NCBI RefSeq assembly: GCF_009914755.1
Contig: NC_060931.1
Length of the DNA stretch: 64,000 bases
Reading direction: 5' to 3' (one strand)
Origin: the human T2T-CHM13v2.0 reference genome, Homo sapiens
The notes below the pieces were generated by a model. The model did no database searches. It had not been told where the DNA came from and saw only the letters and a program-made list of their open reading frames with translations. Made by a program: the position numbers and the translations under genes. Positions 1-12,607 of the stretch are shown in pieces; position 1 is the stretch's first letter; every line of letters starts with the position of its first letter.

Positions 1-1950
1 TGTCACCTTTTACGATGCATCATTTATGAACCATTTTCTTGAATGTTTTGACTATTATGTTACTTCTAGATGAGGAGTTTTTCTCTTGAGATACTAAATA
101 CACTGACAGTTCATGCTTGTGCAAAGCTCAGGATACCTTCTGGTTGCTCTGTTTTAGCACAATTCTGTTTAAAGGGAAATGTTTTATGGTAGGTTTGCAT
201 ATTCTAAAGTTTCCTCGCATGTTTGAAGAACTGTTAATGGAGAAAGAATTTCATCAACCTTATATTTGAGTAGCACAGCAAAGTAGAACTTTATCAAATA
301 TCTAGTGAGCAAGATCAATGCAGACATCTAATATAAATAACACAGTACACAAAATGACATTAATGTTAAATTGAATTTTAGAAGTGCATGCAAAATGCAG
401 TAAAATAAAGTGTAAATGGGAAATTGCTTAAGGTGTTTGGTCAATGTAGAATGCAAGAGTGGGTTGTTTGAAATAAGAAACAAGTGTTTTTGAAGCAAGA
501 ATGTCCTGATGAATATAATTTATCATTCCATTTACTACATAATATACTTTGAAACAATTTAATATTGCTTTCAAGAATGAAAATGGAGAGGGTCCTGTGC
601 ACCTTATTGGTGGTGTCCCCTCTTATTAATTGTTAACTGTTAGTAGCTACGATTTGGGTATGCTGGAACTAAATATATTCTAGAGCTATGCACTACTCAC
701 TAAAAATGTTTAAAATTATCAGTGATGTAATACTGTGTTGCAAAGTAAACAAAATCTATATCCAAACAGTGCCAATAATTTATAATAAAACAAAAAATCC
801 AACAATTATTCCAAATGTGGTTGAATTTGCATTTTAAAATATCCAGTTAATATACTGTTTTTTCTATGTTTATCTCAATATTTATCATTGTATAAGCACA
901 TTTTCCAGAAAATTGCTTTTGTCACTCTGCAATTGTCATTTAATGCCTAGACAATATTCCACCTGGATAAAATACTATACTAACTTATGATGATGCATTT
1001 TTTTTCTCGGTAAAGACAGAGATCATTCATTCTGCATAACAGTGGAGATATATTGCTAGTCAAAATTATATTTATGCTTTGTATAACATTATAAATAAAT
1101 AAAATTATAATAAAAATTATCTTGTTTGACAGGAACACATGACAAGAACCCAACAACATCCCCGTCATTCATGTGTGAGACCGTGATTTAAATTGCTATG
1201 CCATGGACCAAAAATGGTTGTGTAGTGTGTTAAAGTTCGGGTATTATACATGAAATTTGATTCTCCTTGATTGACATTCATTTCACTTGGACCAAGTGAA
1301 GCTAGCCAAGACTAGGCCATCCAAAATATATTTACATTAGCAATTGATGGCTCTAATATCTATGCCACTGTGAAATATAAAGAAATAGAAATTTCAAATA
1401 TAAGTCTTGACTTAGGTTAACAAAACCTATTAAACTTTAGGTCATACAGTTTATCAAATTATGAGACAATAACAACTTATGAGGTGCTGAGGTCTGATAG
1501 GAGAAGTTAGAAAATATGGAGAAAATCAGGGTACATTGAAGTCAGAAGAAAGGAGGCACAAAATGAACTGACTTCCTTACCTGGGGTGAAGCTTTTAGAC
1601 AGAATGGATACACAAGAACACCAGGATGTTATTTTGCTTGATTTCTCGACCAGATAGGAGACATCTGGTAAGGGTTTTGGCAATATGAGGAGAAATTAAA
1701 GGAGAAAATGTCAACCATGCCCCATCTCTGAACATAGATTATGTGGTAGTGATCTCAACCCCATCTCGGTTCAACGCTGTAACACTTCTAAATAGGTGGT
1801 AGGCTGTGGCTCTACAGAGAGAGATGATGGGGCTGGTGGCCACAAGACAAAGAAATCAAGTAGCAAATGTACAAAAAATGGCTCTTAATGAAATGCAATA
1901 AAAAATTACCTTGACCTTGAAGAGACAAGGGCTTGGGCTGACAAACTTCA

Positions 1951-2256
1951 TTTTTTTATTTTTTATTTTTTTAGACGGAGTCTGACTCACTCTGTGCCCA
2001 GGCTAGAATGCAGTGGCGCAATCTCGGCTCACTGCAACTTCTGCCATCCCGGGTTCAAGCGATTCTCCTGCCACAACCTCCAGAGTAGCTGGGATTACAG
2101 GCTCCTGCCACCACATCTGGCTAATTTTTGTATTTTTAGTGGAGATGGGGTTTCACCATGTTGGCCAGGCTGGTCTCAAAATCCTGACCTCAAGTTATCC
2201 ATCCACTTTGGCCTCCCAAAGTGCTGGGATTATAGGTGTGAGCTCTGCGCCTGGCC
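1951..2256 (-). mobile_element. Full-length AluS (AluSx/Sz-like)
   Basis: Poly-T at 1951-1972 followed by reverse-complement Alu dimer ending CCTGGCC; CCTGACCTCAAGT-type diagnostic region. Confidence 0.95.
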
Positions 2257-2399
2257 CAACCTTTCTAATAAATCTTTTTGTGAGCCTGGTCATGGCATAA
2301 TACAGGTTTTTTGTTATCTAGAGTCATGACTGCACTATTGGCTAGAATGATCTGGAAAATTATCTACTGCAATTGCAAAGGTAGTAAGAACCTATTCAA

Positions 2400-2590
2400 C
2401 ATACACTATGTCTTTTGCATTGTTCAAAGACTTCATATACTTTGTCTAATTTAACACAACAATCAAGCCAGAAGAATACTCTTTTTAAATATAAAGATGA
2501 GAAAACTGAGAAGTGGAGAGGTCAACCCTCTAACCAGGCTCACTGTTTGATTGCTAAGCAGGTGTATAAACCAGATGTCTGGTTTTATCA
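2400..2590 (-). mobile_element. MIR fragment
   Basis: ATAAAGATGAGAAAACTGAG...AGAGGTCAA resembles the MIR core in reverse orientation; heavily decayed. Confidence 0.55.
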
Positions 2591-4209
2591 CATTTCTATT
2601 GAACATACAGATTTTTAAAAGTATTTAGATTAAATTGAGAACAAATATACAGCAACACTTCTTCAAAAGTCCTCTAGCCTTTGAGAATAGATATAACTGA
2701 TAAATAAATATGTAATAATTATTAGTTTCAATATAAACGATATGAAAGTAAGAGACATTTACATCTGTAATCAACATCAATGTTTTCTGTAGCTTGTATG
2801 AATTGAAAAGGATATAATGTGTTCAGTCTGTTTTGTCTGACCATTTTCAAGTCTTGATGAAGACAGATAGTGAATTATTTGAATTGCTAATTACCACATA
2901 CAATGTAACATAACACTTTAGAATGTTGAGAATTCATGTTGAGAATTATTACAGTAGTTTCTTCTTTTAATTTAATACTTACTGAAAAATGTAAAATTTG
3001 ACTATTAAGCCACTTCATGTTTTATGTAAGAATTTCTTTCTTCTAAAAATTTAGTTAATTTAATTGAATTAATTTAATTAAAGCAACAGTCTGAAGACAT
3101 CCAAATAAATGTATTGACTTAAAAAGAGCTTTAAAAATTAAGGAACTATTGATATAAAGTTGATTTATTGGTTAATTTCTAGAAATTAAATATTGAAGTT
3201 AATGAACTATAAAGCAGTATTAGAGTTCTCTTGGTCATCACAAATAAATTTTTCTGGTATCTATTAAAGATTAGGAAGAAAATTATTATACAACTCTTTC
3301 TAATCCTTTTTAATAAACCAAGTATTGGTTTTTTTTTCTAATGCACTTAATTTGTATGTTTAAGAAAACTACTTATATAGATGCTGAAGTGCATTGAAAA
3401 AATCAATACACTACTAAGGTTGGTATTTTTTTTAGCATTTTCTTTAGTTGATTATTTATAATGTGCCAGAAGCACCAATGGAATTCTTAACTTTTTGTCA
3501 GGTCTCTATTTTCTCCAGTTATCTACGTTTCAATTACAGCTAATTTTTATCCAAATTAAATAATACTTCTGGAAATTTTATAATAAGAAATTTCATAAAA
3601 TGATTCTAAACCAAATTGTGGAATTCAGGGAGTTTATTCTGGTCAGTCTAGAATGGAGTAGGGCTTGCGAAAAAATAACTCCATTTAATGTGTATTTATA
3701 TTTAAATCTACAAGCATAACATCCCACATGCTATGATCATATAAAAGTAAGAGACATTTATATTAAACTAAAATTTTATTTTAATATTATATTTTGTAAC
3801 ATTTTAATATTCAGTTGTGTTATATTTTGTCAAATTTAAAAATCTATGTTAAAGAATTCAAATACAGTACTTAATAGTTTTATAACTAATAGTAAAATGC
3901 AAAAACAAGAAAGAAACCAGTTTTTATATTTGAACAAATACAAATACATACAATTCCAATATTTAAACTAAGAGATATATCATTAAAATAATAGCAGAAA
4001 TATAGAAGTAGATATAACAGTCCATCAAATTGCACAGCTCCTAAAAGTGATATTATTCTTATATTTTTTATAGTTATAAGGACAAATTTACAGTCAAAAA
4101 ATTATGTGAAAAAAATAAAATTGAAATTCTTAAATCAATCAGTTCAATAAAATGCTAAATAAAATAATATTTTGAGCAATATAAATATCCCTAATCATCA
4201 ATTGTATTT

Positions 4210-7200
4210 TTTTTCCTTAAACTTTTAAGTTCAGGGGTACATGTGCAAGATGTGATTTGTTATATAGGTAAACATGTGCCATGGTGGTTTGCTGCACAGA
4301 TCATGCCATCACCTAAGTATTAAGCTCAGAATTCATTAGCTATTCTTCCTGATGCTCTCTCTTCCCCCACCCCTAAAAGGCTCCAGTGTTTCCCGCCATA
4401 TGTCCATGTGTTCTCATCACGCAGCTCATACTTATAACATGCAGCATTTGGTTTTCTCTTTCTGCATTAGTTTGCTGAGAAGAACGGCTTCCAACTCCAT
4501 CCATGTCTCTGCAAAGAACATGATCTTGTTCTTTTCTATGGCTGCATAGTGTTCCATGGTGTATAAGTACCACATTTTCTTTATACAGTCTGTCATTAAT
4601 GGGCGTTTAGGTTGATTCTATGTCTTTGCTATTGTGAATAGTGCTGCAAAGAACATACACATGATGTATCTTTATAATAAAATGATTTCTCTTTCTTTGG
4701 ATATATACCCAGTAATGGGATTGCTGGGTCAAATGGTATTTCTGCCTCTAGGCCTTTGAGGAATCATCACACTGTCTTCCAGAATGTTTGAACTAATTTA
4801 CACTCCCAACAGTGTGAAAGAGTTCCTTTTTCTCCACAACGTCATCAGCATCTGTTTTTTTTTTTTGACTTTTTAATAATTGGCATTCTGACTGATGTAA
4901 GATGGTATATCATTGTGGTTGTGATTTACATTTTTCTAATGATCAGTAATGTTGAGCATTTTTTCATGTTTGTTGGCTGCATAAATGTCTTCTGAGAAGT
5001 AGTCTGTTCATGTCCTTTGCCCACTGTTTAATAGGGTTAAGTTAATTTGTTTAATTTGTTTAAGTTCTATGTAGACTGGATATTAGACCTTTGTCAGATG
5101 GATAGATTGCAAAAATTTTTATCTCATTCTGTAGTTTGTCAATTAACTCTGATGATAATTTCTTTTGCCGGGAAGTTCTTTAGTTTAATTAGATCCCATT
5201 TGTCAATATTTGCTTTTGTTACAATTGCTTTTGACGTTTTCATCATGAAATCTTTGCCCATGCCTGTGTCCTGAATGGTATTGCCAAGATTTTCTCCTAG
5301 GGTTTTTAGAGTTTGGGGTTTTACATTTAAGTCTTTAATCCATCTTGAGTTAATTTTTGTATATTGTGTAAGGAAGAGGTCCAATTTCCATTTTCTACAT
5401 ATGGCTAGCCAGTACTCCCGGCACCATTTACTAAATAGGGAGTCCTTTCTCCATTGCTTGTTTTTGTCAAGTTCACTGAAGATCAAATGGTTGTAAGTGT
5501 GTGGTCTTATTTCTGAATTCTCTATTCTGTTCCATTGGTCTAGATGTCTGTTGTTGTACCAGTACCATGCTGTTTTGTTTACTGTAGCCTCACAGTACAG
5601 ATTGAAGCCAGGTAGTGTGATGCTTCCAGCTTTGTTCTTTTTGTTTAGAATTGCCTTGGCTATTTGGGCTCTTTTTTGGTTCCAGGTGAATTTTTAAATA
5701 GTTTTTCTAATTCTGTGAAGAATTTAAACGGTGGTTTAATAGGAATAGCATTGAATTTATAAATTACTTTGGGCAGTATGACCATTTTCATGATATTGAT
5801 TCTTCCTATCCATGAACATGGAATGTTTTTCCATTTCTTTGTGTCATCTCTGATTTCTTTGAGCAGTGGCTTATAATTCTCTTTGAAGAGGTTCTTCACT
5901 TCCCTCATTAGCTGTATTCCTAGGTATTTTATTTCTTTTGTAGCAATTGTTAATAAGAGTTCATTCATAGTTTGGCTCTCTGCTTGCCCATTGTTGGTGC
6001 ATAGAAATGCTAGGGACTTTTGCACATTAATTTCATATCCTGAGATTTTGCTAAAGTTGCTTATCAGCTTAAGAAGCTTTTGTGCTGAAATGATTGAGTT
6101 TTCTAGAATAAAATCATGTCATGTGCAAACAGTGACAATTTGACTTTCTCTCCTCCTGTTTGAATACCTTTTATTTCTTTCTCTTGCCTGATTGCTCTGG
6201 CCAGAACTTGCAATACTAAGGTGAATAGGAGTGGTGAGAGAGGGCAACCTTGTCTTGGGCTGCTTTTCAAGGGGAATGCTTCTAGCTTTTGCCCACTCAG
6301 TATGATATTGGCTGTGGGTTTATCATATATGGCTCTTAATATTTTGAGGTATGTTCCTTCAGCACCTAGCTTATTGAAAGTTTTTAACGTAAAGGGATTT
6401 TAAATTTTATTGAAGGCCTTTTCTGCACCTGTTAAGATAATCATGTGGTTTTTGTCTTTAGTTCTGTTTATGTGATGAATCACATTTATTGATTTGTGTA
6501 TGCTGAACCAAGAAGCTTGCATCCCAGGGGTGAAGCCAACTTGATCATGGTGGATAAGCTTTTTGATGTGCTGCTAGACTCAGTTTGTCAGTATCTTATT
6601 GAGGATTTTTGCATCAGTGTTCATCAAGGATAATAGACTAAAATTTTCTTTTATTGTATCTCTGCTAGGTTTTGGTATCAGGATGATGCTGCCCTCATAG
6701 AATCACTTAGGGAGGAGTCCCTCCTTTTCAATTTTTTGGAATAGTTTCAGTAGAAATGGTACCAGCCCTTCTTAGTACCTCTAATAGAATTCATCTATGA
6801 ATCTATCTAGTCCTGGGCTTTTTTTGGTTGGTAGGCTATTTATTACTGCCTTAATTTCAGAACTCATTATTGGTGTATTCAGGGATTCAATTTCTTCCTG
6901 GTTCAGTCTTGGGAGGGTGTATGTGTCCAGAAATATAACCATTTCTTCTAGATTTTCTAGTTTATGTACATAGAGGTGTTTATGGTATTCTCTGATGGTT
7001 GTTTGTATTACTGTGGGGTCAGTGATAACATCCCCTTTATCATTTCTGATTGTATTTATTTTATTCTTCTGTCTTTTCTTCTTTATTAGTCTAGCTAGCA
7101 GTCTATTTTATTAACTTTTTCAAAAGACTAGCTTCTCAATTTGTTGGTTTTTTTGAAGTATTTTTTATGTCTCTATCTCCTTCATTTCAGCTCTGATCTT

Positions 7201-9305
7201 GGTTATTTCTTGTCTTCTGCTAGATTGGGGGTTTGTTTGCTCTTAGTTATCTAGTTCTTTTAGTTGAGACGTTAGGTCATTAACTTGAGATTTTTCTAGT
7301 GTTTTGATGTGGGCATTCAGTGTTATAACTTTCCCTCTTAACACTGCTTTAGCTGCATCTCAGAGATTCTAGTACGTTGTCTCTTTGTTCTCATTAGTTT
7401 CAAATAAGTTCTTGATTTCTGCCTTAATTTCATGATTTACCCAAGAGTCATTCAGGAACAAGTTGTTCAATTTCCATGTAGCTGTGTGGTTTGAGTGAAT
7501 TTCTTAGTCTTGATTTCTAATTTGATTGCACTCTGGTCTGGGAGACTGTTTATGATTATTTTAGTTCTTTTGCATTTACCGAGGAGTGTTTTACTTCTGA
7601 TTATGTGATCAATTTTAGAGTAAGTGCCATGTGGTGATGAGAAGAATATATATCCTATTGAATTTGTGTGGAGAGTCCTGTAGATATCTATCAGGTCCAC
7701 TTGATTCAGAGCTGAGTTCAGGTCCTGTATATCTTTGTTAATTTTCTGTCTTAATAATTTGTCTAATACTGTCAGTGGGGTGTTAAAGCCTCCCACTATT
7801 ATTATGTGGGAGTCTAAGTCTCTTTGTAGGTCTCTAAGAACTTGCTTTATGAATCTGGGTGCTCCTGTATTGGGTGCATACATATTTAAGATAGTTAGCT
7901 CTTCTTATTAAATTGAACCCTTTACCATTATGTAATGCCCTTCTTTGTCTTTTTTGATCATTGTTAGGTTAAAGTCTGTTGTGTCAGAAACTAGGATTGC
8001 AAGCCTTGCTTTGTTGTGTTTTCCATTTGCTTGGTAAATTTCCCTCCAACCCTTTATTTTGAGCCTATATGTGTCTTTGCATGTGAGATGGGCCTTTTGA
8101 AGACAGCATACCTATGGATTTTGGCTCTTTATCCAGTTTGCCATTCCATGCCTTTTAATTGGGGCATTTAGCTCACTTAAATTTAAGGTTAGTATTGTTA
8201 TGTATGAATTTGATCCTGCAATCATGATGCTAACTGGTTATTTTGCAGACTTGTTTATGTGGTTGTTTCATAGTGTTACTTGTCTGTGTATTTTGGTGTG
8301 TTTTTGTAGTGGCTGGTAATGTTTTTTCCCTTTCCATATTTAGTGCTTCCTTCAGGAGCTCTTGCAAGGCAGGCCTGTTGGTAATGAATTCTCTAAGCAT
8401 TTACTTGTCTGAAAAGGATCTTATTTCTCCTTCACTTATGAAGCTTAGTTTGGCCAGATATGAAATTCTGGGTGGGAAATTCTTTTCTTTAAGAATGTTG
8501 AATATTGGCCCTCAATTTCTTCTGGGTTGTAGGGTTTCCACTGAGAGGTCTGCTGTTAGTCTGATGGGTTTCTCTTTGTAGGTGACCAGGTCTTTCTTTC
8601 TGGCTGACTTTAACATCTTTTTTTTTCATTTCAACCTTGAAGAATCTGATAATTATATACCTTGTGGTTGATTTTCTTGTGGAGTATTTTATTGGGGTTC
8701 TCTGCATTTCATGAATTTGAATGTTGGCTCATCTTCCTAAGTTGGGAGAGTTCTCCTGGATGATATCCTGGAGTACATTTCCCAACTTGGTTCTGTTCTC
8801 CCAATCTCTTTCAGATACCCCAATCAGTGATAGGTTTGGTCTCTTTACATAATCCCATATTTCTCAGAGGTTTTGTTCAATCCATTTCATTTTTTCTTTA
8901 TTCTTGTTTGCTTGTCTTATTTCAGAAAGAGAGTCTTCACACTTGGAGATTCTTTCCTCCGCTTGGTCTACTCTTCTACTGATACTTGTGATTGCACTGT
9001 GAGGTCCTCATATTGCATTTTTCAGCTCCATCAGGTCAATTATGTCCCTCTCTATACTAGCTATTCTGCCTATCAGCTCCTGTATTGTTTTATCTTGATT
9101 CTTAGCTTCTTTGCATCAGGTTACAACATGCTCCTCTAGCTCAGCAAAGTTCATTACTACCTACCTTCTGAAGCTTATGTCTATCAGTTCAGCCATCTCA
9201 GCCTTAGCCTAGTTCTGTGCTTTTGGAGGAGAAGAGGCACACTGGCTTTTTGAGTTTTCAGTGTTTTTGTATCAATTTTTTCTAAACTTTGTGGGCTTAT
9301 CTACC
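4210..9305 (-). mobile_element. L1PA (roughly L1PA10-13), 5'-truncated just upstream of ORF1; ORF1 and ORF2 disrupted
   Basis: Minus-strand ORF fragments are L1 ORF2 (MYAPNTGAPRFIKQVLRDLQRDLDSHIIIVGGFNTPL endonuclease region; IKYLGIQL; [14 protein letters not shown]) and ORF1 (8489-8707). L1PA 3'UTR next to poly-T at ~4206. Probable TSD ATCAATTGTATTT (4197-4209) / AGCAACTGTATTT (9306-9318). No 5'UTR promoter. Confidence 0.95.
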
Positions 9306-9348
9306 AGCAACTGTATTTGTAATTTCTCATTATTAACTCCTATAACAG

Positions 9349-9551
9349 AATCGATATAGAAATGGAAGAGGTAAAGATTGAAAATACACTACTGGCTTAA
9401 CCCAATGTACTCTCATCTGTTTGCAAAAATTAAGTGGGTAGCTATAATTACGGGGTGAAAAGATGTTTTGGTTATACAGATAAAAGAGAAAGTTATTCGT
9501 ATTAATACTCAGCCCTGGTTCATGCTCTTGTCCTTGTGACATCTGTGTTCT
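9349..9551 (+). pseudogene. Two candidate downstream exons (9349-9370, 9480-9551) of the IZUMO-like pseudogene
   Basis: TATAACAG|AAT...GAG|GTAAAG and TTATACAG|AT...TTCT|GTAAGG. Phase-compatible with the 3642 donor; reads NRYRNGR|DKRESYSY*YSALVHALVLVTSVF (basic linker then hydrophobic stretch). Confidence 0.4.
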
Positions 9552-10024
9552 GTAAGGAAAAAGACCACCCTGTGGCCAAAAGGAAGAATATGACATCTTT
9601 TTACAATATCCTTGAAAACTTCCAGTCTATTCTTAAGGGACAATGTGTTTGAAGAGTTTCAGATTGGTAATGAGGAAACACAGATGATAGTGATTATGAT
9701 AATGATCATAATAACATTCCATAAACTTATCTATCTTGTAAAGTAGAGAATATTTAACAACTTTAAAGTATTCATACTAGTGTATGATTGCAAGACTGGT
9801 ACGTCTCCATTTAACCCATGAATCACAGATAGACTCAATAAGGTTAAATAACGTATCTAAAGATGCAATATCAGGAGGTGTCAAGACCTGGTAACATTCA
9901 ATCATCATATGCCAATCTCAAGATAAATTTCATTATCTCATAGTTGACTTTAGTACTAATTCTTCATTTACCACTAAGGAGTGTTCTGATCAACAGTTGG
10001 GCAGCAAGCCTGTGGAAGCCATGG

Positions 10025-10589
10025 GCATTGGAACATATAGTACATATATTTAACTTGATAATAAATTACCAAACTATTTTCCATGGTGTGTGTACCATTT
10101 TGTTTTCCTACAATCACTGAACAAAAATATTTTCAATTGCTCAGTATAGTCACTAATGCTTGGTATTGTTATTGCTTTTTACAACTGTAACCATTTTAGT
10201 AGGTTTATAGTGGTATCTCATTGAGGTTTAATTTACATTTCCCCGATGAATAATAATGTTGGATATCTTTTAATATGCCAAATTTTCATTTGTATATTTT
10301 GGGGGGAAGTGTTTGTTTAGATCTTCTGCCATTTTCAAAATTGCTCAATTTACCTATTGTTTATCTATTTACCTATTGTTGAGTGTCAGAAGTTCTTTAT
10401 ATATTCTGGACACAATTATTTGAGGTCAGTAATTTGATTTGCAAACTTTTCTGTCAATCTGAATCTTGTCTTTTTAAGTTCTTAACAAGGTTTTCAGCAC
10501 AGAACATTTTTTAAAGTTTTCATAAAGGCCAATTTTACATTTTTTCCTTCATGGGTTGTTACTTTAGTATAGTATCTAAAAACTCTTTG
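10025..10589 (-). mobile_element. Old L1M fragment (3' part of ORF2)
   Basis: GTGGTATCTCATTGAGGTTTTAATTTACATTTCCC and AGTTCTTTATATATTCTGGA are typical antisense L1M ORF2 3' motifs. Confidence 0.8.
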
Positions 10590-12383
10590 TAAGATTGATA
10601 CCAGAAACATTGTGAAATAGGACTTTCCAGGGCTTGTCCCGCTACAGAAATGTCAATTTGAATAACTGTACATGCACAGAAATAGCTTCATAAGAGCTAA
10701 GAAATCCAGGTAAGAGATTACAGCACCTAGGTATAGCACAGAAAAGACACATTGAAGAGGGCAGTGCAAATAGAGATAATATCCATGTGGTCAAAAGCAA
10801 GTAAAGTGAGAACCCAGCTTTGCTGTAGATGCAAGCCCCAGTAACATCTGACCCCAGATCAAACACCAACGCTCCAGGTTCCAGAATGGCCTCCACAGCC
10901 TCAGGTTCTAGACATGCCTGGGGCTCGAAACAGGCCCCTGTGCTAGGTTAGTACTCCACAGATCTAGCCTCCAGGCTTGCCACAGCACCAGGCTCATTGC
11001 CGCAGCCCCAGGATCCAGGTCTGCACCACCACACAGTGAGCCACAGTTTGCAGGACAGCATCCACAGACTCAGCCTCCAGGCCCACCCCAGACCCAGGTC
11101 AGCACCCATAGACCAGGCTGCCTTTTGTGGTCCCAGACACCAAGCAGGCATCTGCTGCTCCATCCTCCAGGAAAGCCAGGGTCCAGGCCCACTCCAGCAG
11201 ACCCAGGGTTCAATGCCAACTCAGTAGACCATGGTACTGGACCAGCCTCCAAGGATGCAGGCTTCAAGATTACTCCTATGGATACAGGCTCCAGGCATGT
11301 TCCCATTACCTGAAGAACCAGGTCAATCTCTACAGACCCAGCCTCCAGGTCAACCCCAGCATGGTCAGACTATTCCTGACCAAGGCCCCAGATCTCAGAC
11401 TATTCCTCAGGGGACTGTCTTAGGCCAACACCTAAAGACCAAACATTCAAGTCAATTCTGCAAACCCAAGCTGCAGGCCAACCTTGTGGCCCCAGATGCC
11501 AGCACCATGGACTCTAAATTCTGCCTGGCCCCTCTGGAACCAGGAACCAGAGTAACCCCTCTGGACCCAGCCTGGCCTAGGCACTAAACCAGGCTACACA
11601 AAGTTTTCCAGAAACAAGTCAGCTGACACAGTTCACCAGATTACCTGCCCGTAATCTCTGGATAAACTAACTGGTAGAGGGCTTTCACTGCAGAAGCTAG
11701 TCTGTAAAAACTGAAATAGATGTCTCCTTCAAATGCATAGACACCAATACATATTCATAAGTTACACAAATAGTTGGGAAACATGACACCACTAACAGGG
11801 AGCACCAGTAACAGACCATAAAGAAATGGAAGCACCAGTGACAGATCCTAAAGAAATGAAAGTCTATGAATTGCCTAAAAAGAATTTTAAAAGCTTATTT
11901 TAAAGAATCTCAGTGAGTTATAACAAAACAGAGATAGACAATAAAAGATATCATAAAAACAATATACAAACAAAATTAGAAGTTCAACCAAGAGATGTAA
12001 ATCATAAAAAGAACCAAACCAAAATTCTGGAGCTAAAAACCACAATGACTGATCTAAAAAGTTCCATGGAGAACTTTGATAGCAGACTTAATCAAACAGA
12101 AGAAAAAAATCAGTGGGCTCAAACAAAGGTCATTTGAGATTACCCAGTCAGAGGAACATAAAGAAAAAATAATGAAAACAGGTAAAGAAAGGGTACAAGA
12201 CTTATGCATGGGACACCATCAAGGGGGCAAACATATGCATTACAGGAGTCCTGGTGGAACTAAAAAAGAGAAAAGGGAGGAAAGTTTATTTAAAGAAATA
12301 ATGACAAAAAACTTCCCAAATCTGGAGAGGGAAATGAACATCAAAATCCATAAAGTTCAAAGAATCCCAAATAAAGATAAAGA

Positions 12384-12607
12384 CATGGATGTCCAATCTT
12401 TTGACTTCCCTGGGCCACATTGGAAGAAGAATTGTCTTGAGCCATACATAAAATGCACTAACACTAACAATAGCTGATGAGCTAAAAAAAAAAAAAATCA
12501 CAAAAAAGCTCATAATGTTTATAAAAAGCTTACAAATTTGTATTGGACTACATTCAAAGCCATCCCGGGTCATATGTAATTCAAGGGCCATGGGTTAGAC
12601 AATCTTG
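12384..12607 (+). mobile_element. MER30 (hAT-Charlie non-autonomous DNA transposon) inserted in L1MA ORF1
   Basis: Matches recalled MER30 consensus (GTCCAATCTTTTG.CTTCCCTGGGCCACATTGGAAGAAGAATTGTCTTG...); 8-bp TSD GATAAAGA (12376-12383) / GTTAAAGA (12608-12615). Confidence 0.9.

Larger units (their letters stand above)
70..3641 (+). pseudogene. Candidate multi-exon unitary pseudogene, IZUMO/TMEM95-like N-terminal domain (exons ~70-188, 1133-1240, 2793-~2907, 3436-3641)
   Basis: AG|ATG at 68-72 and ATG|GTAGGT at 189; TTTGACAG|G at 1133 and CGG|GTATTA at 1241; TTTTCTGTAG|C at 2793; T-tract+AG at 3434-3435 and CTG|GTCAGT at 3642. Spliced frame: MRSFSLEILNTLTVHACAKLRIPSGCSVLAQFCLKGNVLW|NT*QEPNNIPVIHV*DRDLNCYAMDQKWLCSVLKFG|LYELKRI*CVQSVLSDHFQVLMKTDSELFE/ANYHIQC|xFSLVDYL*CARSTNGILNFLSGLYF. 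Cys spacing matches TMEM95/IZUMO as recalled. Exon 3 donor not identifiable. Confidence 0.6.

Noticed and set aside
70-188. Reading of exon 1 as an F-box/leucine-rich-repeat fragment
   Set aside because: Only a loose LxxLxxxxC pattern; the following exons do not continue an LRR, whereas they do continue the TMEM95/IZUMO cysteine pattern.
1994-2329. Alu-derived ORFs (also 15566-15809, 21646-21855, 42280-42535, 56450-56773)
   Set aside because: Standard Alu translations ([13 protein letters not shown] and similar), not genes.
10948-11587. Cluster of overlapping Pro/Gln-rich ORFs
   Set aside because: They lie in the degenerate tandem repeats of the L1M 5'UTR, where GC content suppresses stop codons.
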